From: Takakia lepidozioides
Lineage: Eukaryota > Plantae > Bryophyta
Direction: 5' to 3'
DNA: 64,000 nt
NCBI GenBank assembly: GCA_030704615.1
Contig: CM060731.1
Location: forward strand, 11,346,001-11,410,000
Position numbers and translations under genes: made by a program
Notes under the pieces: generated by a model
What the model was told of the DNA's origin: nothing
Seen by the model: the letters and a program-made list of their open reading frames with translations, nothing else
Database searches by the model: none
Shown: positions 1-14,600 of the stretch, in pieces
Numbering within the stretch: position 1 is the first letter of the stretch
Layout of the letters: each line of letters starts with the position of its first letter

Positions 1-1455
1 GAGGTGTCGACAGCCCTGATATGATACTGTGATGGCGTATAGAACCTTAGATACCCATAGGGCCATAGGTCCCACGTCCCCTTTCTCGCATCCGAAAGTT
101 ACTCTAGGAGTTAGCGCGATCGACCGGACCCAGGACTCAAAAACGAACAGTTGATACCTCCAGGCATAGGTTGGATTTTCTGTCAAGAATGAGCAAAAAC
201 TTTCAGCCTTTAAAAAGTTGCCTGAGGAGTAATGTACTACTCGACAATCTCCGAACAATTACCAAAAGGATGAAATAAGTGCCAGAGCTACAGAGTCTTC
301 CAACAGCAATCAACACTGCCTATGAGGATGAATGCATTATGCCAAAGCCAGAAATGCGGTGTCTTGTGTCTTCCTCTCCTCTCCCCTCAAGTTATAAAAG
401 CTTCAGTCCACTGATGATCTCGGACACAGCTCTTCTCATGTGAGTTACATGATTTGGATTGTATAAGTATCCTGAATCCTGATCATCACATTGCAGGCTG
501 ATCCTGCTCGGCTCACATGTATTGACCAGGGTCTACTCACTCACCTAATTCTGTGAACTTTGAAGTTAAGACTTAAATTTGTAGTTGCACCTGGAAGAGA
601 AGCTATTTGCGCGCTAAAAAGTTGACCACCTGTGTTCCGTTCACCAACTTGATTCTGCACCAGTCGGGACGTCTACAGAGCCACTTTTATTTAGGAAATA
701 CAAGCAGTAGGTTTTAGAGAGCACTCTAAAAATTCCGGTTCCCCCACAACACAGCATTCATTCCTTTCGACTGTTTTGAACTACCCTCCAACAAATACAC
801 CTATAATAATCAACCCTGGTTCCCTACATGTATCATAACTCCGATGCCCCGTCCCGGTGGCACCAACAACGTGATTATTTACTCAGCCTCTAGGGCTATA
901 GAGATCACCCTGCATTCATTCATTCCGCAACAAATGCTTACTCCATACTAGAGACGCATGGATATCGGTGGGACCCAGAGAATGATAACATGCCCCAGGC
1001 TGGTGAGCAAATAGAGTGCCCAAGCTCACGACCTTGAGTAGGGACTACCTAATAAGGGGCTGCCACCCAATATTCCAGGCCATTCAAGCTCCTGCCAAAG
1101 CTTTTAATGGCCAGCTTAACTCGTCCCCACTTTAGTCTGTATTTATCATAACGTGGATTGCCACCATCTTATAAGTAGGCAGCTCTCCCGCCCGCCCGCC
1201 CGCCCTCCCTCCCTCCCTCCCTCCTTGTCGTGCACCGCGCTGGCCTGACAGCCCGCGCTCCCGTCATCACCTTCTATTTATTATGTCGTGCGTCCCTGCT
1301 GGAGAAGACGACCTTCTCACCGCGCGGTCCTCCACCTATCACCGCACCTACCGATCCTGTCATCGCGCATTTGGATGATGAGGGTGACATCCTCGCTCTC
1401 ATCCACGGCAGGAGAACCTGATCCAACCTATGTCAGGTTCGATGATGATTGAGAA

Positions 1456-1680
1456 AGTACAAACCTTTTCACGCTCCTCGATCCTCGTTCCACCGCACGT
1501 GGATTTGAACCCAGCGCCACCCGCAGCGTGGAACAGATGAAATACATCCCCTTCTTAGCTAGTACACAACTTTTCACGCTCCTCGATCCTCGTTCCAGCG
1601 CACGTGGATTTGAACCCAGCACCACCCGATGCGTGGAACGGATGAAATACGTCCCCCTCTTAGCCAGCTCGGCCGAGGGA
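1456..1680 (-). repeat. Tandem duplication (two ~105-bp units) of a tRNA-like Pol III A/B-box element
   Basis: Units start at 1456 and 1561 (agtac...ttttcacgctcctcgatcctcgttcca). On the minus strand there is an A-box-like GGCCGAGCTGGCTAA, and each unit has a B-box-like GGGTTCAAATCC. Confidence 0.6.
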
Positions 1681-3083
1681 ATCATCCATCTACAGTTGTG
1701 TTCGAAACCCCTGGCCTGCAAATAAACAAAAATGTACCGTGTACTGGGAACAGTTTCTTTTTCTTAAAATATTTTTTGAAAAGGAGCGGCAGAATAGTTT
1801 GAGTCACATTGTTCCCATTAATTGTATCTATTTATACCATTTTTCAATTCACTGCTGGACGAGTCCGTTGAACAAGGATGTTTGGGAGTGGATGGCCATC
1901 CATCCCTCGACTTGCGAAGCCTAAAAACGATGAACAGTTTTGTGTGGATGAATACGGATCATCTAGGTAGTCGTATGTATGGACGGGAGTACGTATATGA
2001 TATAGTACAAGGCGTGCAATCACGTGCTGCTGTCGTCTCTCTCGCTCAGCGCGCTCCGCCCGAGCAGCGTTGTGGGAGTGAAGGACTGATAAGGGTGGTG
2101 TGGATGTCGACTGGAAATACTGTGGACTGTTTACGGCTAGTTTCCAGTTTTGGTGGTGTTTTCGATTGGATGTCTTCTTCCCTCGAGTCCACGCACCGAG
2201 CTGTTCAATGCTTTAACGGTTGTACTGTATTTTTACTCATCACCTCTACAGGTGGGTAGTAGGTAATGGTGGCAGTTAGTCTAATATTAGTTAGCCGAGC
2301 TCTCTCCGAGTCTCTCTCTCCACATTTTGAGCTGTGATGACTCGAGGGAGTCTGTAGTATGTAGCTTGTTGCCATGCCCACACAGACTGATTGGTGTGCT
2401 CTTCTTTGGAGCCTATCTTTAGTATCTTATGTAATATTTGCAAGCAGTCGAGTGCAAGCCTGGCTCGCGCCTGTTTCCGAGTCTTTGTCTGGAGGATTGG
2501 TGGGGGACCATAGCTGGTGAGCTTCTTCATTCTATCATGGCCTGTTTTTTCAGCTTCCTGGAGTTTTTGTAACTGCAACTCGGGTGTTGTTTTGAGTGAA
2601 GTCTTGGAAACTACGACAGCCATTTCGAGCTTCGTCCTAGTTTTGCCGTGCCCACCGCGCCGGAGCCACAATGCAGGTAGCTAGGCTTGTAGCACGCAGG
2701 CTTCCCGATTGTTAGGGAGGAGCAATGCGGACAGCTGGAGGGAGTGGTATGGAGGTGCGGTGGGAAGCAGCTGACAGACTGCAGGCTCGGGCTCGGGAAG
2801 ATGGCAGTCCCCCGGCGATGGGGTGTGCACCTCGATTATCGTTGCTGCTTGATCTGACCCAGCGATTTCAGAAGTCAAGGGGAAGAGGTTGTGGCGCGGC
2901 AACAAGTGTGCAAAGCCCCGGGACTCAGGAAGTCAGGTGTATAGCAGAGTCGAGTTGAATATGAGGGACGAGCTGAGGAGTGGGGCGTAATAGGTGTATG
3001 GAAAGCAGAGGAATACGAAGCTGGTGCAGCACAGGTGGAATGGACTGTAAATGCACGGTAAGAACAGATTGAGAGTGGGCACA

Positions 3084-6000
3084 ATGAGAGCTTGGGTGTG
3101 GTGGACAGCCGTCTTGGTGCAGTGCCTCGTAGCTAGCTGGACAGTAGAGTTGACACTTGCTCAGGGAGGTTCGGGGACGGGAATGCCGCTGGTGAGTGCA
3201 GAGACCGGGGCAATGCAGCAGCTGCAGCTGGCACTAGATGTCCCAGCGACTGCTTGGCCTGGGCAAGGCGACCCTTGCACTACATGGCAAGGTGTCGTGT
3301 GTATAAATGGGCATGTTGATACCCTCCAGTTGACAGGTCTGCCTCGAGGAGTGAGCGGAACACCGTTGTCTAAATTGGACGCCCTTCTGAGCCTTCCATT
3401 TCTGAGGAGCCTCAATGCTTCAGAGTGCGGGCTTTCAGGCTCGATTCCCGATTGGTTTGGCCGTCTCGGAACGCTGGAGAGCTTGGACTTGACTGCTTGC
3501 TCCCTAAATGGGTCCATTCCAGACTCGCTTGGAAGCTTGTCGAGTTTGACAAATCTATCCCTTTCTCAGAATACTCTGTCTGGCATTATCCCTCCTTCTT
3601 TTGGCAACTTCATAAATCTGACGAGTTTATCCCTGTCTTCCAATAGCTTAGTAGGTCCAATCCCTTCCTCTCTCTTCAATGCCACACATTTAACAGCGTT
3701 GGACCTTTCAAACAATAATTTGAGTGGACAAATTCCTGGAGATGTTGGTAAGCTTGCGGGCCTGCAGTACTTGAGTTTAGCTAACAATGTATTTAACGGT
3801 TCAGTGCCAGCTGACCTGGGGAAGCTGTCACTGCTAGTCAAACTGGATTTGTCTTCCAACATCCTTTCAGGATCAATTCCACCCGAATTTGGGAGTCTGG
3901 CTAAGCTGAGCAGTTTGAATTTGGCTGCTAATAATCTATCTGGGGTGATTCCCCCAAATATTACCCAGTGCACAGGTCTTCAGGTCTTGCTCTTGAATAG
4001 GAACTTTCTCTCTAATGAGGTTCCACAGTCCATTGGTACTCTTCAAAGGGTAGTGTCAATAGACCTTTCTGTTAATCGCCTGACAGGAACTTACCCTCCT
4101 GGACTCGCAAGTTTGCAATTGCTTCAGAGATTAGACCTATCTCATAACTATTTCTATGGACCGCTCCCACCTCAGCTGGCAAACCTTCAGAATCTACTGA
4201 TGCTGAATGCATCCAATAATTTTTTCAATAGCAGCCTGCCTCTTGGTCTCATACCTAGTGCGGTGGTGAAGAAAAACTGTCTTTCAGATGAGTGGAAACA
4301 GCATAGTCTACGCACTTGTACGAGGTTCTATGGGCGAAAAGGGATTGCATTTGACGGGTTCAATACACCAGGAGAGGCTCGCCCACCAACAGTGCTTCCA
4401 TATGGAACAACAACTCCTGCACAAAGTGAGGACAGGAAGAGCAAGCATATTGTGCCCATCCTTGGCGGAGTCTTGGGGGGGTTAGGGTTAATCTTGATGG
4501 TTGTCAGCCTGTTGTTCTGCCTTCATATGCATGAGAGGGACACAGAAACAGGGAAGGATTGTAGCATTGAGAGCGGAGTGGTTGCTCCTGCTGCGGGGGC
4601 AGCAGCTGTCACCGGAAGCCTATTGGGTGAACCTTTCACGTACGCCCAGCTCCAGCATGCGACCAAAAATTTTGCGCTGGCAAACTTGATAACAAATGGG
4701 CATTCGGGGGACCTGTACAGGGGTGTCCTCGACGGCAGAGCAGCAGTTGTAGTGAAGAGGATAGATTTAAACAAAGGCAAGAGGGATGCGTATTTGGGGG
4801 AGTTGGAGGTTTTCAGCAGAGCATCACACACTCGGTTGGTTTCACTGCTGGGCCATTGCCTGGATCGGGAGGATGACAAATTTCTAGTCTACAAGTACAC
4901 CCCGAATGGTGACTTAGCATCTGCATTACACAAAAAAGGCAGCCCGGGTCCCTGCCAGGATGTCTTGCAATCCTTGGATTGGATCACGCGCCTCAAGATT
5001 GCCATTGGCATTGCAGAGGGACTAGCCTACTTGCACTGTGAATGCTCTCCTCCCATTGTGCATAGGTACTTCCAATACTCATCTGTTGCACATCTTGTTT
5101 ACTCATCACTGAAAACTCGGACTAGCTGGGGTGCTGCTTTACTGGTTAGGAAATACAGAGCAAAGCATAATTTTCTGTGTTAAAAACTGACAGAATGCAT
5201 ACAGCAGGATATTTGCAGTCTGGGTCTACCTCTTCTTAGATGACAATGGGGTACTTCAAAAGGTTTGAAGCTCTAAGCCAGTACCAGTGAACCACATATG
5301 CAATTCAATAGTTGAATGTTGCTCTGGAAGTTCCGGTTTTTATTCTGGAAGGATGTGCCCAGCTGATCATGAGCTTGCTCCACACTGTTGTCTAACACAT
5401 CCTATCTTGAATAGCTCTGCCATGTGCAATGTAGGCAGTGGATGCCTGTAACATTGGGGTATATATGGAAGGGTATCCTGGTCGTAGCTTTCTGGGTGGT
5501 CACCAACTTAGCAAAACCTTTTTCATGTATGGAAACCAGACCACTATTACTGCTTTTTACCACTTTGTTTGGTCTCAAACTCCATCTGGGAAATGAAGAA
5601 CGTGATCCTGTATGTGCTGCCATTTATGTGTAGGTGGAGACAGATAGAGATAACTTTTACCTCATGTTTTGGTAACTAGTCACCAATAGAGATTTCAATT
5701 GGATAGTCAATGAATCACGGATGAAAATTGTTGCTACTGCAGTGATGTAAAGGCAAGTAGCATCCTACTCGATGATAAGTTTGAGGTTAGGCTTGGGAGC
5801 TTCAGTGAAGCACGCGTGCAGGATGGAGACTGGCATCCAAATATTATTACTCGGCTGCTTGGCCTCTCCCAGTAAGCACCTCCTCTTCCTTCCATAACTG
5901 GCTATTTAGTATAGTGGGAAATGATATTTGTGCTGTCATTTCAAGTTTCCCTTTCCAGATGAAAATTTGGGTGTGTTTCTTCTCTTGTTGAAAGCAATCA

Positions 6001-7205
6001 CAATATTTTAGTCTGTCTCATTTCAAGTGCATTGAGGAATTCGACATAGCCAATTTGGACTTTCGGTGGCCAGGGTTGTTGCACTGACTTTTCAATCGTG
6101 TGGTCCATGGTTGGAACAGATCATCAGATCAAGGGGATCCAGGTGATAACCCCACTCTTTGCTCTATGGGTATTTGCTTCTTTTGTGACCTAGCTGACTG
6201 CTTTGTGGAGGATTATGATATCTTTTCATATGCATCCCCAGCTTTCCAGGAGTAGATATTCTAGGAGTAAAATGTTGAACCTCCCATGGAGAGGGATGGC
6301 ATGTAGTTTGTAGGTTGGCGTCTTGTTTGACAGGAGTCTGTACAGAGTCCTTGACAAGACTTAGAGAAATTTATGCCTTCTGTAAGGTGGGTATTCGATA
6401 CTGTATCCATTAAAATATCTGCAAGAAGCAAGGCTATGGGAATCAGTGCAAGGGCAGAGCTTTCTATCCTGCAAGATGTAGTTACCTTGCATCTTCATAT
6501 TCTATGCCACCCTCCTGCCAATCTCTCATTGTAGAATTTCAAGTGAGTAGGTTGTTGACTGAAGTGGCTGGGTGTACAGGTTCTCCAATGGTGTCGTGCA
6601 CATATGATGTGTACACTTTTGGGAAAGTGCTTTTGGAGCTGGTCTCAGGAAAGCTAGGCATCAGCGGCACGACTGACCCAGGCGCAGACTCATGGTTGGA
6701 GTGGGCACTCCCACTCATCAATGTGCATGACAAGGAATCTCTGCCAAAGCTGGTCGATCCTTCCCTCATAGTTGATGAGGATTTACTAGAGGAGGTCTGG
6801 GCAATGGCCATCATAGCCAAGGCCTGTCTCCATGCAAAGCCATCCAAGCGGCCCAGCATGAGGCACATTCTGAGAGCACTAGAAAATCCGCATAAAGTCG
6901 TCAGAGAAGAAAGCTTTGGTGAATCACTGGCAGTGAGGACCTCTTCCCATAGCTCGTGGAATGAGGCCTTGTTTGGGAGCTGGCGTGCACACCACAATAA
7001 CTTACAAAATGTTTCTGTTCCTGGGATAGTCAGAGAGGAGTACAGCACTGGTTCTCTTCCCATAGCAAAGGCTACTGGAGTGGCATCAACAAGTACACAG
7101 AGTACACGTGGTGAGTCGCCTCAAGGACAAGATGCAAGGCATGGGTCCAGTGATATTGCTCCAAAACCCATAGATGAACCCACCCAAGGGCCAGCAACTA
7201 GATGA
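3084..7205 (+). CDS. LRR receptor-like kinase (At2g16250-like, LRR-XIV type), atypical kinase domain; 4 exons
   Basis: Signal peptide, WPxxxDPCxxWxGVxC LRRNT cap, >10 plant LRRs (LxLSxNxLSGxIP), TM helix (IVPILGGVLGGLGLILMVVSLLFCL) and kinase. GT-AG exons 3084-5065, 5743-5871, 6120-6142 and 6580-7205 join in frame (IVHSDVKASSILLDDKFEVRLGSFSEA...CTYDVYTFGKVLLELVSGKLGIS). Confidence 0.93.
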
Positions 7206-7609
7206 AAGGACCCAAGATAAGAGGAAGGTACTCTAACTTCCAAAGAAGGCATTCTTTCCATTCTTTCATAAGCAGGCTCCCTGTTAGGGAGGGGGGTTGT
7301 AAATTAAGTCTGGAGTCACAGTGCATTGATTTGAAGATATAGAAAAAAGCTCTTGATTCTTTAATTGGAAATGGTAAATCCCATCATGTTGGGATTTGGG
7401 ATGATTTTCAGGGCTTGCATGGTTGACATTTTTCCAGATTGTTTCCAAGTAAGGGACCTTTGACTTCTAGTGTGCTAAGAGTCTCGGTCTCTTCAATTGC
7501 CTTATCAACTCACTATTTCCCTTCGGTCTTATAGGACCCACCCCCAAAAGGAGGCAGTAGCCGGAAGGTGAAGTGGCTCTTAGTTACCCCACTTTGGCTG
7601 GCGTCTTTT

Positions 7610-7611
<2 letters not shown>

Positions 7612-7648
<37 letters not shown>
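7612..7648. repeat. (CT)n microsatellite
   Basis: Visible CT dinucleotide run. Confidence 0.9.
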
Positions 7649-7653
<5 letters not shown>

Positions 7654-8610
7654 TTGGATCTGTCTACCCTCATTGGAGTATTTGCTATTGGTGCAATCTG
7701 TTGTGTTGTGAAATGGTTGCATAAGGCCAGGCTGATGCTCCAGTTGCTTGGGCAGGCAAATTTCTCTTTAAACGTTTTTTGAGTTATTCACCCGAAGGGC
7801 TTGTTGCTCCACTCCAATTTCGGCATGTCCAAAGCCACCAGCTATGGTAATTGGTTCTCCCCACAAACTGAATGGTACTGAAATGGAAGGACACACTAAT
7901 GCGATTGCTCCTACCAGATCACAGATATGGTGCTAGTGGAGTTCCCAGGTTGAACGAGTTGCCTACCCTCTAAAAGACAGGGTTTGGAGAGACCCATTTA
8001 ACTATTGTTCTGGGACCTGAGAATACATTTGAAAGAAGCTGCCTCCTAGTAGATGTGGTCTCTGCCCCCAAGGTTGAAGAAGTTTAAGATTGGGTTATCA
8101 AGTGCAGCAGCACTTGCAGTGATTTCACTTATAGTAGATGCTCATTGTGCATGAGTTGAATAATTTTAAATCTCATCTTCAATCCAGGTGATACATTTGT
8201 TCTCCCCATGGATTGGATCTTTGAACTGCTCATTTAATTAAACGTGCAGTGTACTATTTTCACTATAGCTGATGCTGTCAGATACTATGCAGCAGCAGCA
8301 CATGCTAATACACAAAACAGATGAGTCATTGGGAAGAACTAAGGAGATTGACATTTATGTAGGCAGAATTTGTTATGTGAATTGGAAGTCACAAGCTGCC
8401 AATCTTTGTCCACACAGCAGGTACTCTACTGAAAGGAATTTCTCTGTCAGATCAACAGGCAAACAAATTCTACATCAATCGCATCCACAAAAAATATTCA
8501 ATGGGCTCATTTCCTGGATTTGCTAAAACATTGAGGCTGAATATATCACTAAGAATACCAGAGAAAAAGTGAGCCAAATTAATCAATGTCCAATCTTCAC
8601 AAATCGTTCT

Positions 8611-11600
8611 TCAGTTGAAAGTGGGGAAAAGCTCCATTCTGGATTTGAAAGCGACCAAATCATCAATAACTGTCAGTTCTCCTAAAGAATCTGTTCCTTG
8701 CTCTGTTACACTGACCTTGTAAGCTTGAGCATTACCCCCCCAGATGTGGACACTCAACTTCCGCCGGTGGATGGAGCTATTGGCGACATACTGATCAAAC
8801 CAATCAATGACCTCACTTTTCTCGATTGTTTGCACCGCAGCAGCTTCAAGCTTTTGCCCCTCAAACAAGTATCTGACACGAGAGAAAGGTCCAACTTTTA
8901 GTGACAGTTTTTGGTCCACTTGGTGCCAAGACCCTTCTCCTTCAATCACATCCCAAGACAGGTGCTTTTCTTGGCAGTTTCATGGTCATAATTAAGGGCA
9001 CTCCTTTTGTATAATGGTCTCGAAAAGAATGACCAGTGAGAAACCAATGAAGCTGACCTGGGAGGCCTCATGTACATGTTACAATGTGACTCACCCGCAC
9101 AAAAATCAAATATAGAACTATGTGGCTCTTGATTAATCTGCTGTTAGCAATTCTTGCTATCCCAAGCTTAGATGCCCGCCCCTCATGCACATACATTTTT
9201 GTCAACATTTAGATGATATATTTCTAGTACATACACACAGTTCGTGTATATATAAAATTACACAATCTATGGCAGGCCTCCAACATTCTTGCATAGCTCA
9301 CAATGTAGTCATATGAGCAGAGTTGATGATGCATGTGAATATAACACTTCCACAAATCAGCTTTATCGGCACCCATACCTTTGATCCCATATCTGCCCCC
9401 AGTGGCGGTCAGTCTCATCCAGTAAAGAATCATCCCTCTGCAGCTTAAGCGCCACCAGGGAGTCCTTGTAGCTTTTGAACTCTTTGTCTGGCACATCCTT
9501 CTGCGCAACACATCGAATCACTCAGGCAATTCTACATTTACACAAACATATCCTATTTTGGTACGTCAAGCCCAGAGGTGAAGAAAAAGTTTGTGCAACG
9601 TTTGGGGAAGAGCAGCCGATAGAGGAGAAAAGAGGAGAAAGGATGTTTACCAGAACTTGGGGTAGTGTATCTATGAAAGCATTGATGCGGCGCTCAAGAA
9701 AAGGAGGATCATATTTGGCTGACTGCACACGGAAGCAGAAGCCCAGCACCCGGTATGTGATTCGCACCCCACAGTCCACTCGATAGCCAAGTTGCTCCTT
9801 TGTCCTGCAGTTTGCAATCCGTTCCAATAGGTCTATACATGAATTCTTCGAACCACAATATATTGCTTGATCCTTATAAAGCAGGCAGGAAAACTCTTCA
9901 AAAGGAGAACCCAATAATTTTCAGGACACGCATGTAGTGCTGATTTTGATAGTGGCGCATCATTAAGGGGCAGTTGCATGTCCCTGGGAGCAGGGTATGA
10001 CCATACTGTCTAAAAGCTGACAATAACTAGGCTATCACTCTGCACTCTTAGGGAGACTCTACAAACATCTGATGAGTCTATTGGCATGCGAAAAGCCAGC
10101 ACATCGCCTGGGTATCTGTAGCATGGTAACTATCCACAGCACTTGGAGTTCCTTGATTTGGACCCCCAGTGACAAAGCCCATCCCAAACTTTCCAACTAC
10201 GTCCTTTTGATGGTTTCCAACTCAAATTTCATAACGCAGACCCAAACTATTTTTGGAAGTGATACATGCTGTACTTCGGCAAGAGCAGGTAAACAGAAAG
10301 AACACCTGAGCTGATTGAAACAGGGCTCATGAATCATTTGCTCAAATAGGTCCATTATCCCACGCAACCGGATTGACTCCCTTCCCAGGTCTCGCTCCAC
10401 TTGAAAATACATCTGCCATTCACAGCAAAGAGAACAAGACAATAAATATACACAAAATGAGAGACCAGAACAACCGGGCCTACAGGACACCAGAGCTAGC
10501 AAACCAACATATAGAAACCCCACACGTCACTAGAAGATGGAATGCCTTATGCAGGTGAGCTGCTAAGCACTGCAGATCCACATAGCTGTATTTAGAAGAA
10601 ATGATGCAATCCTAGACTTCTTGGGTGGTCCATGCTGGATACACCCTTAGACATACAAGGTGTGCAAGTCCATGGCCCATAGTCCAACGATGTTGTCTGC
10701 CACTTCTTGAGTTATACACATGGATAATCCTAGTCTCATAAGGTGTACCAGTCAATGGCCTGTACTGAACCTGTAGGATGTGATATCCAATGAGGAAGGT
10801 TCCCACAGCCCTCATTAGGGATATGCAGAATTTCAGAGTGAGGTACAAAGGCACAAGAGGAAGAGAGCTCCACCTTCATAGAAATCACCAGATCTACAAC
10901 TTTTCAATTGGCATAAAGTTGAAGTCCTGTTTGATATCAGTCAGTGAGAAATTGCTCTCTTTGTGTGTCTTCTCTCTGCCAAAGGCTCTTCACCTTCGAG
11001 AATCACCCGAAGTGGTTTTATGGGAGTGATATCTTAGATCTTCGCTGTATTCCTAGACTAAGAAAGAACTGAGCCTGGAAAAGTTGCCTAACATTGCCTT
11101 TGGTTGATCCCAACTAATCTGGGCTCACAGAAGGTACTGTCCAATTGAGTGTAAACTTTTCGAAGTGCAGTGCAGATGAGAGTTAATAACAGGAGCTGGT
11201 GAGGTTCAAGGGAATTAGGAAATCACGAGAGCAAGAAAGAAAGGAACTTAAACCAACCATAGGAAACAAGAGGAAGGATTACAAAAAACATGAGTTGTAG
11301 TGCACCAACCTCAACAACTGAGTTCTCTTCAGACTCATTCTTCACATTTGCACTGTGTAATAGAGAGCAGCCAGCTGGAAGTTTCACAATACGGTCTTGG
11401 GGCCTCAATTCTGGTGGCAAAACGTTCTTTACTGAAGACTCCTTGAAAATGCGGGCAATGCCAATCGCCTCCTCCTCCAAAAGATTCCCATGACAAAGTG
11501 CTTCAACATATGTCTGCAATTACCATGCAACCTTTAACTCAAACAACCATCATAATTGGAACGACTCCATACAGACATTAAAAGAGTGATGACCAGTCGA

Positions 11601-14600
11601 CGCTAAATCTACACTACCATTAAAATCTTGTTATCAATCACACCATCAACCTCCTTATGTGTGGTATTGGACAAGCTGCTACCACTCCCCAACTGACTTC
11701 ATCAGCTCCCAACAGTGGGTGAAGATCACATGTAGGACTATGCACCACTTCATGGGCATACTATTACACAAATCTTCATACTGAGTTTCCCGAAGTAACT
11801 AGAAAGCTCGGCCATTAACTTAAACAACCAAAAGCTATAGGTGATTCGTAGAATACACAACTAATATTAAGAAACATTGAGTGATAAAGCACCTTTGAAC
11901 CAAAAATCACAAGTGTGGTGACAAGGCAATTGTAAGTTCACATCTAATCTAGGAGGATGATGGATGAACGAAATATCACTCGAAGAGAGAAAGGAAGAGG
12001 AGGCCAACAAGGAGAGGACAAAGACTCCTTCCGAAGCAGGCATAACTTCTGGTGTCACTTCACCCCGAAGGGCTACTGCCTTCGGTTCGGAAGGTGGACA
12101 CCTACTAACGGCCGTAACCGGAGCAACGCAGTTTCCCAACCCTCTCCCAAGGTCTCTAAAATCCCGAGGCACCCACACAGTAAGTAACTGGTTGACGCAG
12201 TCACCCCCTTTTTATAGATGGGTTGGCCATCATAGGTGACATCCAACATACACCTATGAGGACTTAGACCCACAACCACTTGTAAGGCGGCCTTGTGCCC
12301 TAACTACTCGGCCATGTGTTGGATGCTGGAGGCCAACAATAGTCCTGTAACATTGGCTTTGAAGGAGATAGTTGCATCTACGACAGTTAAGTGTGCACCT
12401 GCTTGAAGAGGTGTGGAATGAAATCTGCCAAATCAGAGACAGAGAGGGAGAGGAGGCAAGCAAGCTTGTCGTCAACATGCCAAAATCTTTCTTTCAAGGC
12501 TCGTAATCTGAGATAGGCAGAGTGCTTGAGAGGCTTCATGTTGGTGTTCCGGTAAGCTCGTTCTATGTCCTCCTTTATCACCTGCATCATGCCACGGTCG
12601 ACTACTTTACTATCCAATGGACTTGATGCCAGAATGAAGGTGCAATGCTGCATAACAGAATCTAAGGTAACTGTTACCCAAAAAACTCCATGAGGTAGAA
12701 TAGAATCATCAACCTGAAAGCGGTCATCCCGAGGGACCAGAGTGGTAAGGCACTCAGCAATTTTACGGGCTAGAACTGGTAGCTTTTCGTTAAACCCAAA
12801 CAGTTTGAGGTCTATCTTATCTCCGGCCACTGTCATTGATGACGCCAGCTTAGCTACATTCGCCTGCAACAGAAACGATCTCAAGACATGTAAACATATT
12901 TCAATGGAGAGATTTTCCAGATGTAGATCAACTCAGTCTGGCTGAGATTCATCTGAAACGTCAGACTTTTATGTCTAGATTTCATAGGAGTTCGATTTCT
13001 AGCCTGCCTGCTGGATAATGCATTGAGTTCACTAAGTTTGACATCATCAGCCATTTGCAAGGCTCTCCAAAGCTGAGGCAAGCTGAGTCCAATCAATGCA
13101 CACCCAAAAAACGACTTGCAATCAATTACAGATGAAGGAAATCAAGGTAGTCCTGGCACCATTCCAACCAACTTACCAAGTAGATAGTCTCGTTTAGTTC
13201 ATGTTCCAGTAACTTCACATACATCTCTGTTAGCACTGCGGCCTTGATGCTCTCCCCCACCGCCCTACATGTGACTGAAAAGTAAGCGTTCGCTCTGGGA
13301 GTATTGAATGTCTGGTCAAGCTTATACCAAACCTTCATTGCAGGATCATCCAGCAGAACCCTTGGGACACCTGGATCCTGTGAAGAATCGCACTTTCCAG
13401 CACGAATTGTAAAATCGTGAGGAATGAACTCATTCACAACTGGCATATGCAAGGCAGGGTCCACCTGTGGGGGATCTGCCCACATCTGGAGGAGATCAGC
13501 TGGCAGGGTTTCAACGGTGTAAGGAACCTCAAACCATGGCTCCAACTTCACACCTGGCAGTCACAGCAGCAGCAATTCTCACATTAACAAGTACAAAAGC
13601 AGAACTAATTGTATGGAGGGGAGAACATCAACGTTACACTTTCTCCAGTAATTGGACCCAGGAGTAGCATAACACACAACTTCGTTTTGTTTTGAGTCCA
13701 TACAGACATTAGAAGGTAACCCACACAGATGTTGCACTAGTATAAGTTAAAATCTAAACTAGCACAACATAGACAGTGCAGTCTTAAAATTGTGCTGTCA
13801 ATCATAAAGTCTCAGATCATCAGCTTCAGCTACCCACTGACTTCATCAGCTCCCAATAGTCGATGGAATATTGTGCTCAAAGTCACGGGCATAGTTACAT
13901 ATCTGTGCACGAGTTTCTGCCACTTCTCTGCAAGTAACAGGAAAAGAAGTATGGAGAATACAGGGGTGTAAGCATGTGGGCTGTGTTTTCAGCTAAGACT
14001 TAAACTTCACACATAGATACGTAAAACAATTGTGGGGAACAGTAAGGGAAACTTACCAGGGAAGTTCTTGTTGAAAGGCTTTGTGACAATATCAAGGCGC
14101 ACATTGGATGGTGTAAGTTGATGTAGCAGATCAGCCACTAGCTGTGGATCCCAATGTTCAAATGCGTAGTCTCCATAGATGGCATGGTCTTCAGAGTACA
14201 TATGCATATTTGCTGCCAGCCAGCCACCTTCCCAAGTCAGTTGACAGCCCCTATCCCCTAGAATACAAACAAAACATATATGCATAGAAAGAGAGGCAAC
14301 CATCAACGAGTTCCCATAGACGTCGTTTACTTCCTAACCTGCAGGGCATACATCTCAGTGGGTACTATTCCCCCTAAATTGGGTTGCGGCTTTGCCCTCG
14401 CATACTTTGCTCACACCTGATGCTACCATTCCAGATGTCTTGATGCCAGCCAATAACAACGTGAGTACAGGGAGTTAAAAGTGTATTAAGGGATAGCAGA
14501 AATGTCTCCAGAGAGAATGTTGAGTCCAGCAAAGACACAGAAGGGGGGGGGGAGAGGGGAGGAAGTGCACACAGGCAAGACGAACGACATAGGTGTCAGC

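Noticed and set aside
1456-1680. Functional tRNA genes
   Set aside because: Only A/B-box-like motifs are present; no acceptor or anticodon arm geometry.
1822-2958. Several 70-145 aa ORFs upstream of the RLK as genes or conserved uORFs
   Set aside because: No domain similarity recognised; compatible with chance ORFs in promoter/5' UTR sequence.
3161-7063. Antisense ORFs over the RLK exons
   Set aside because: Shadow ORFs of the coding strand.
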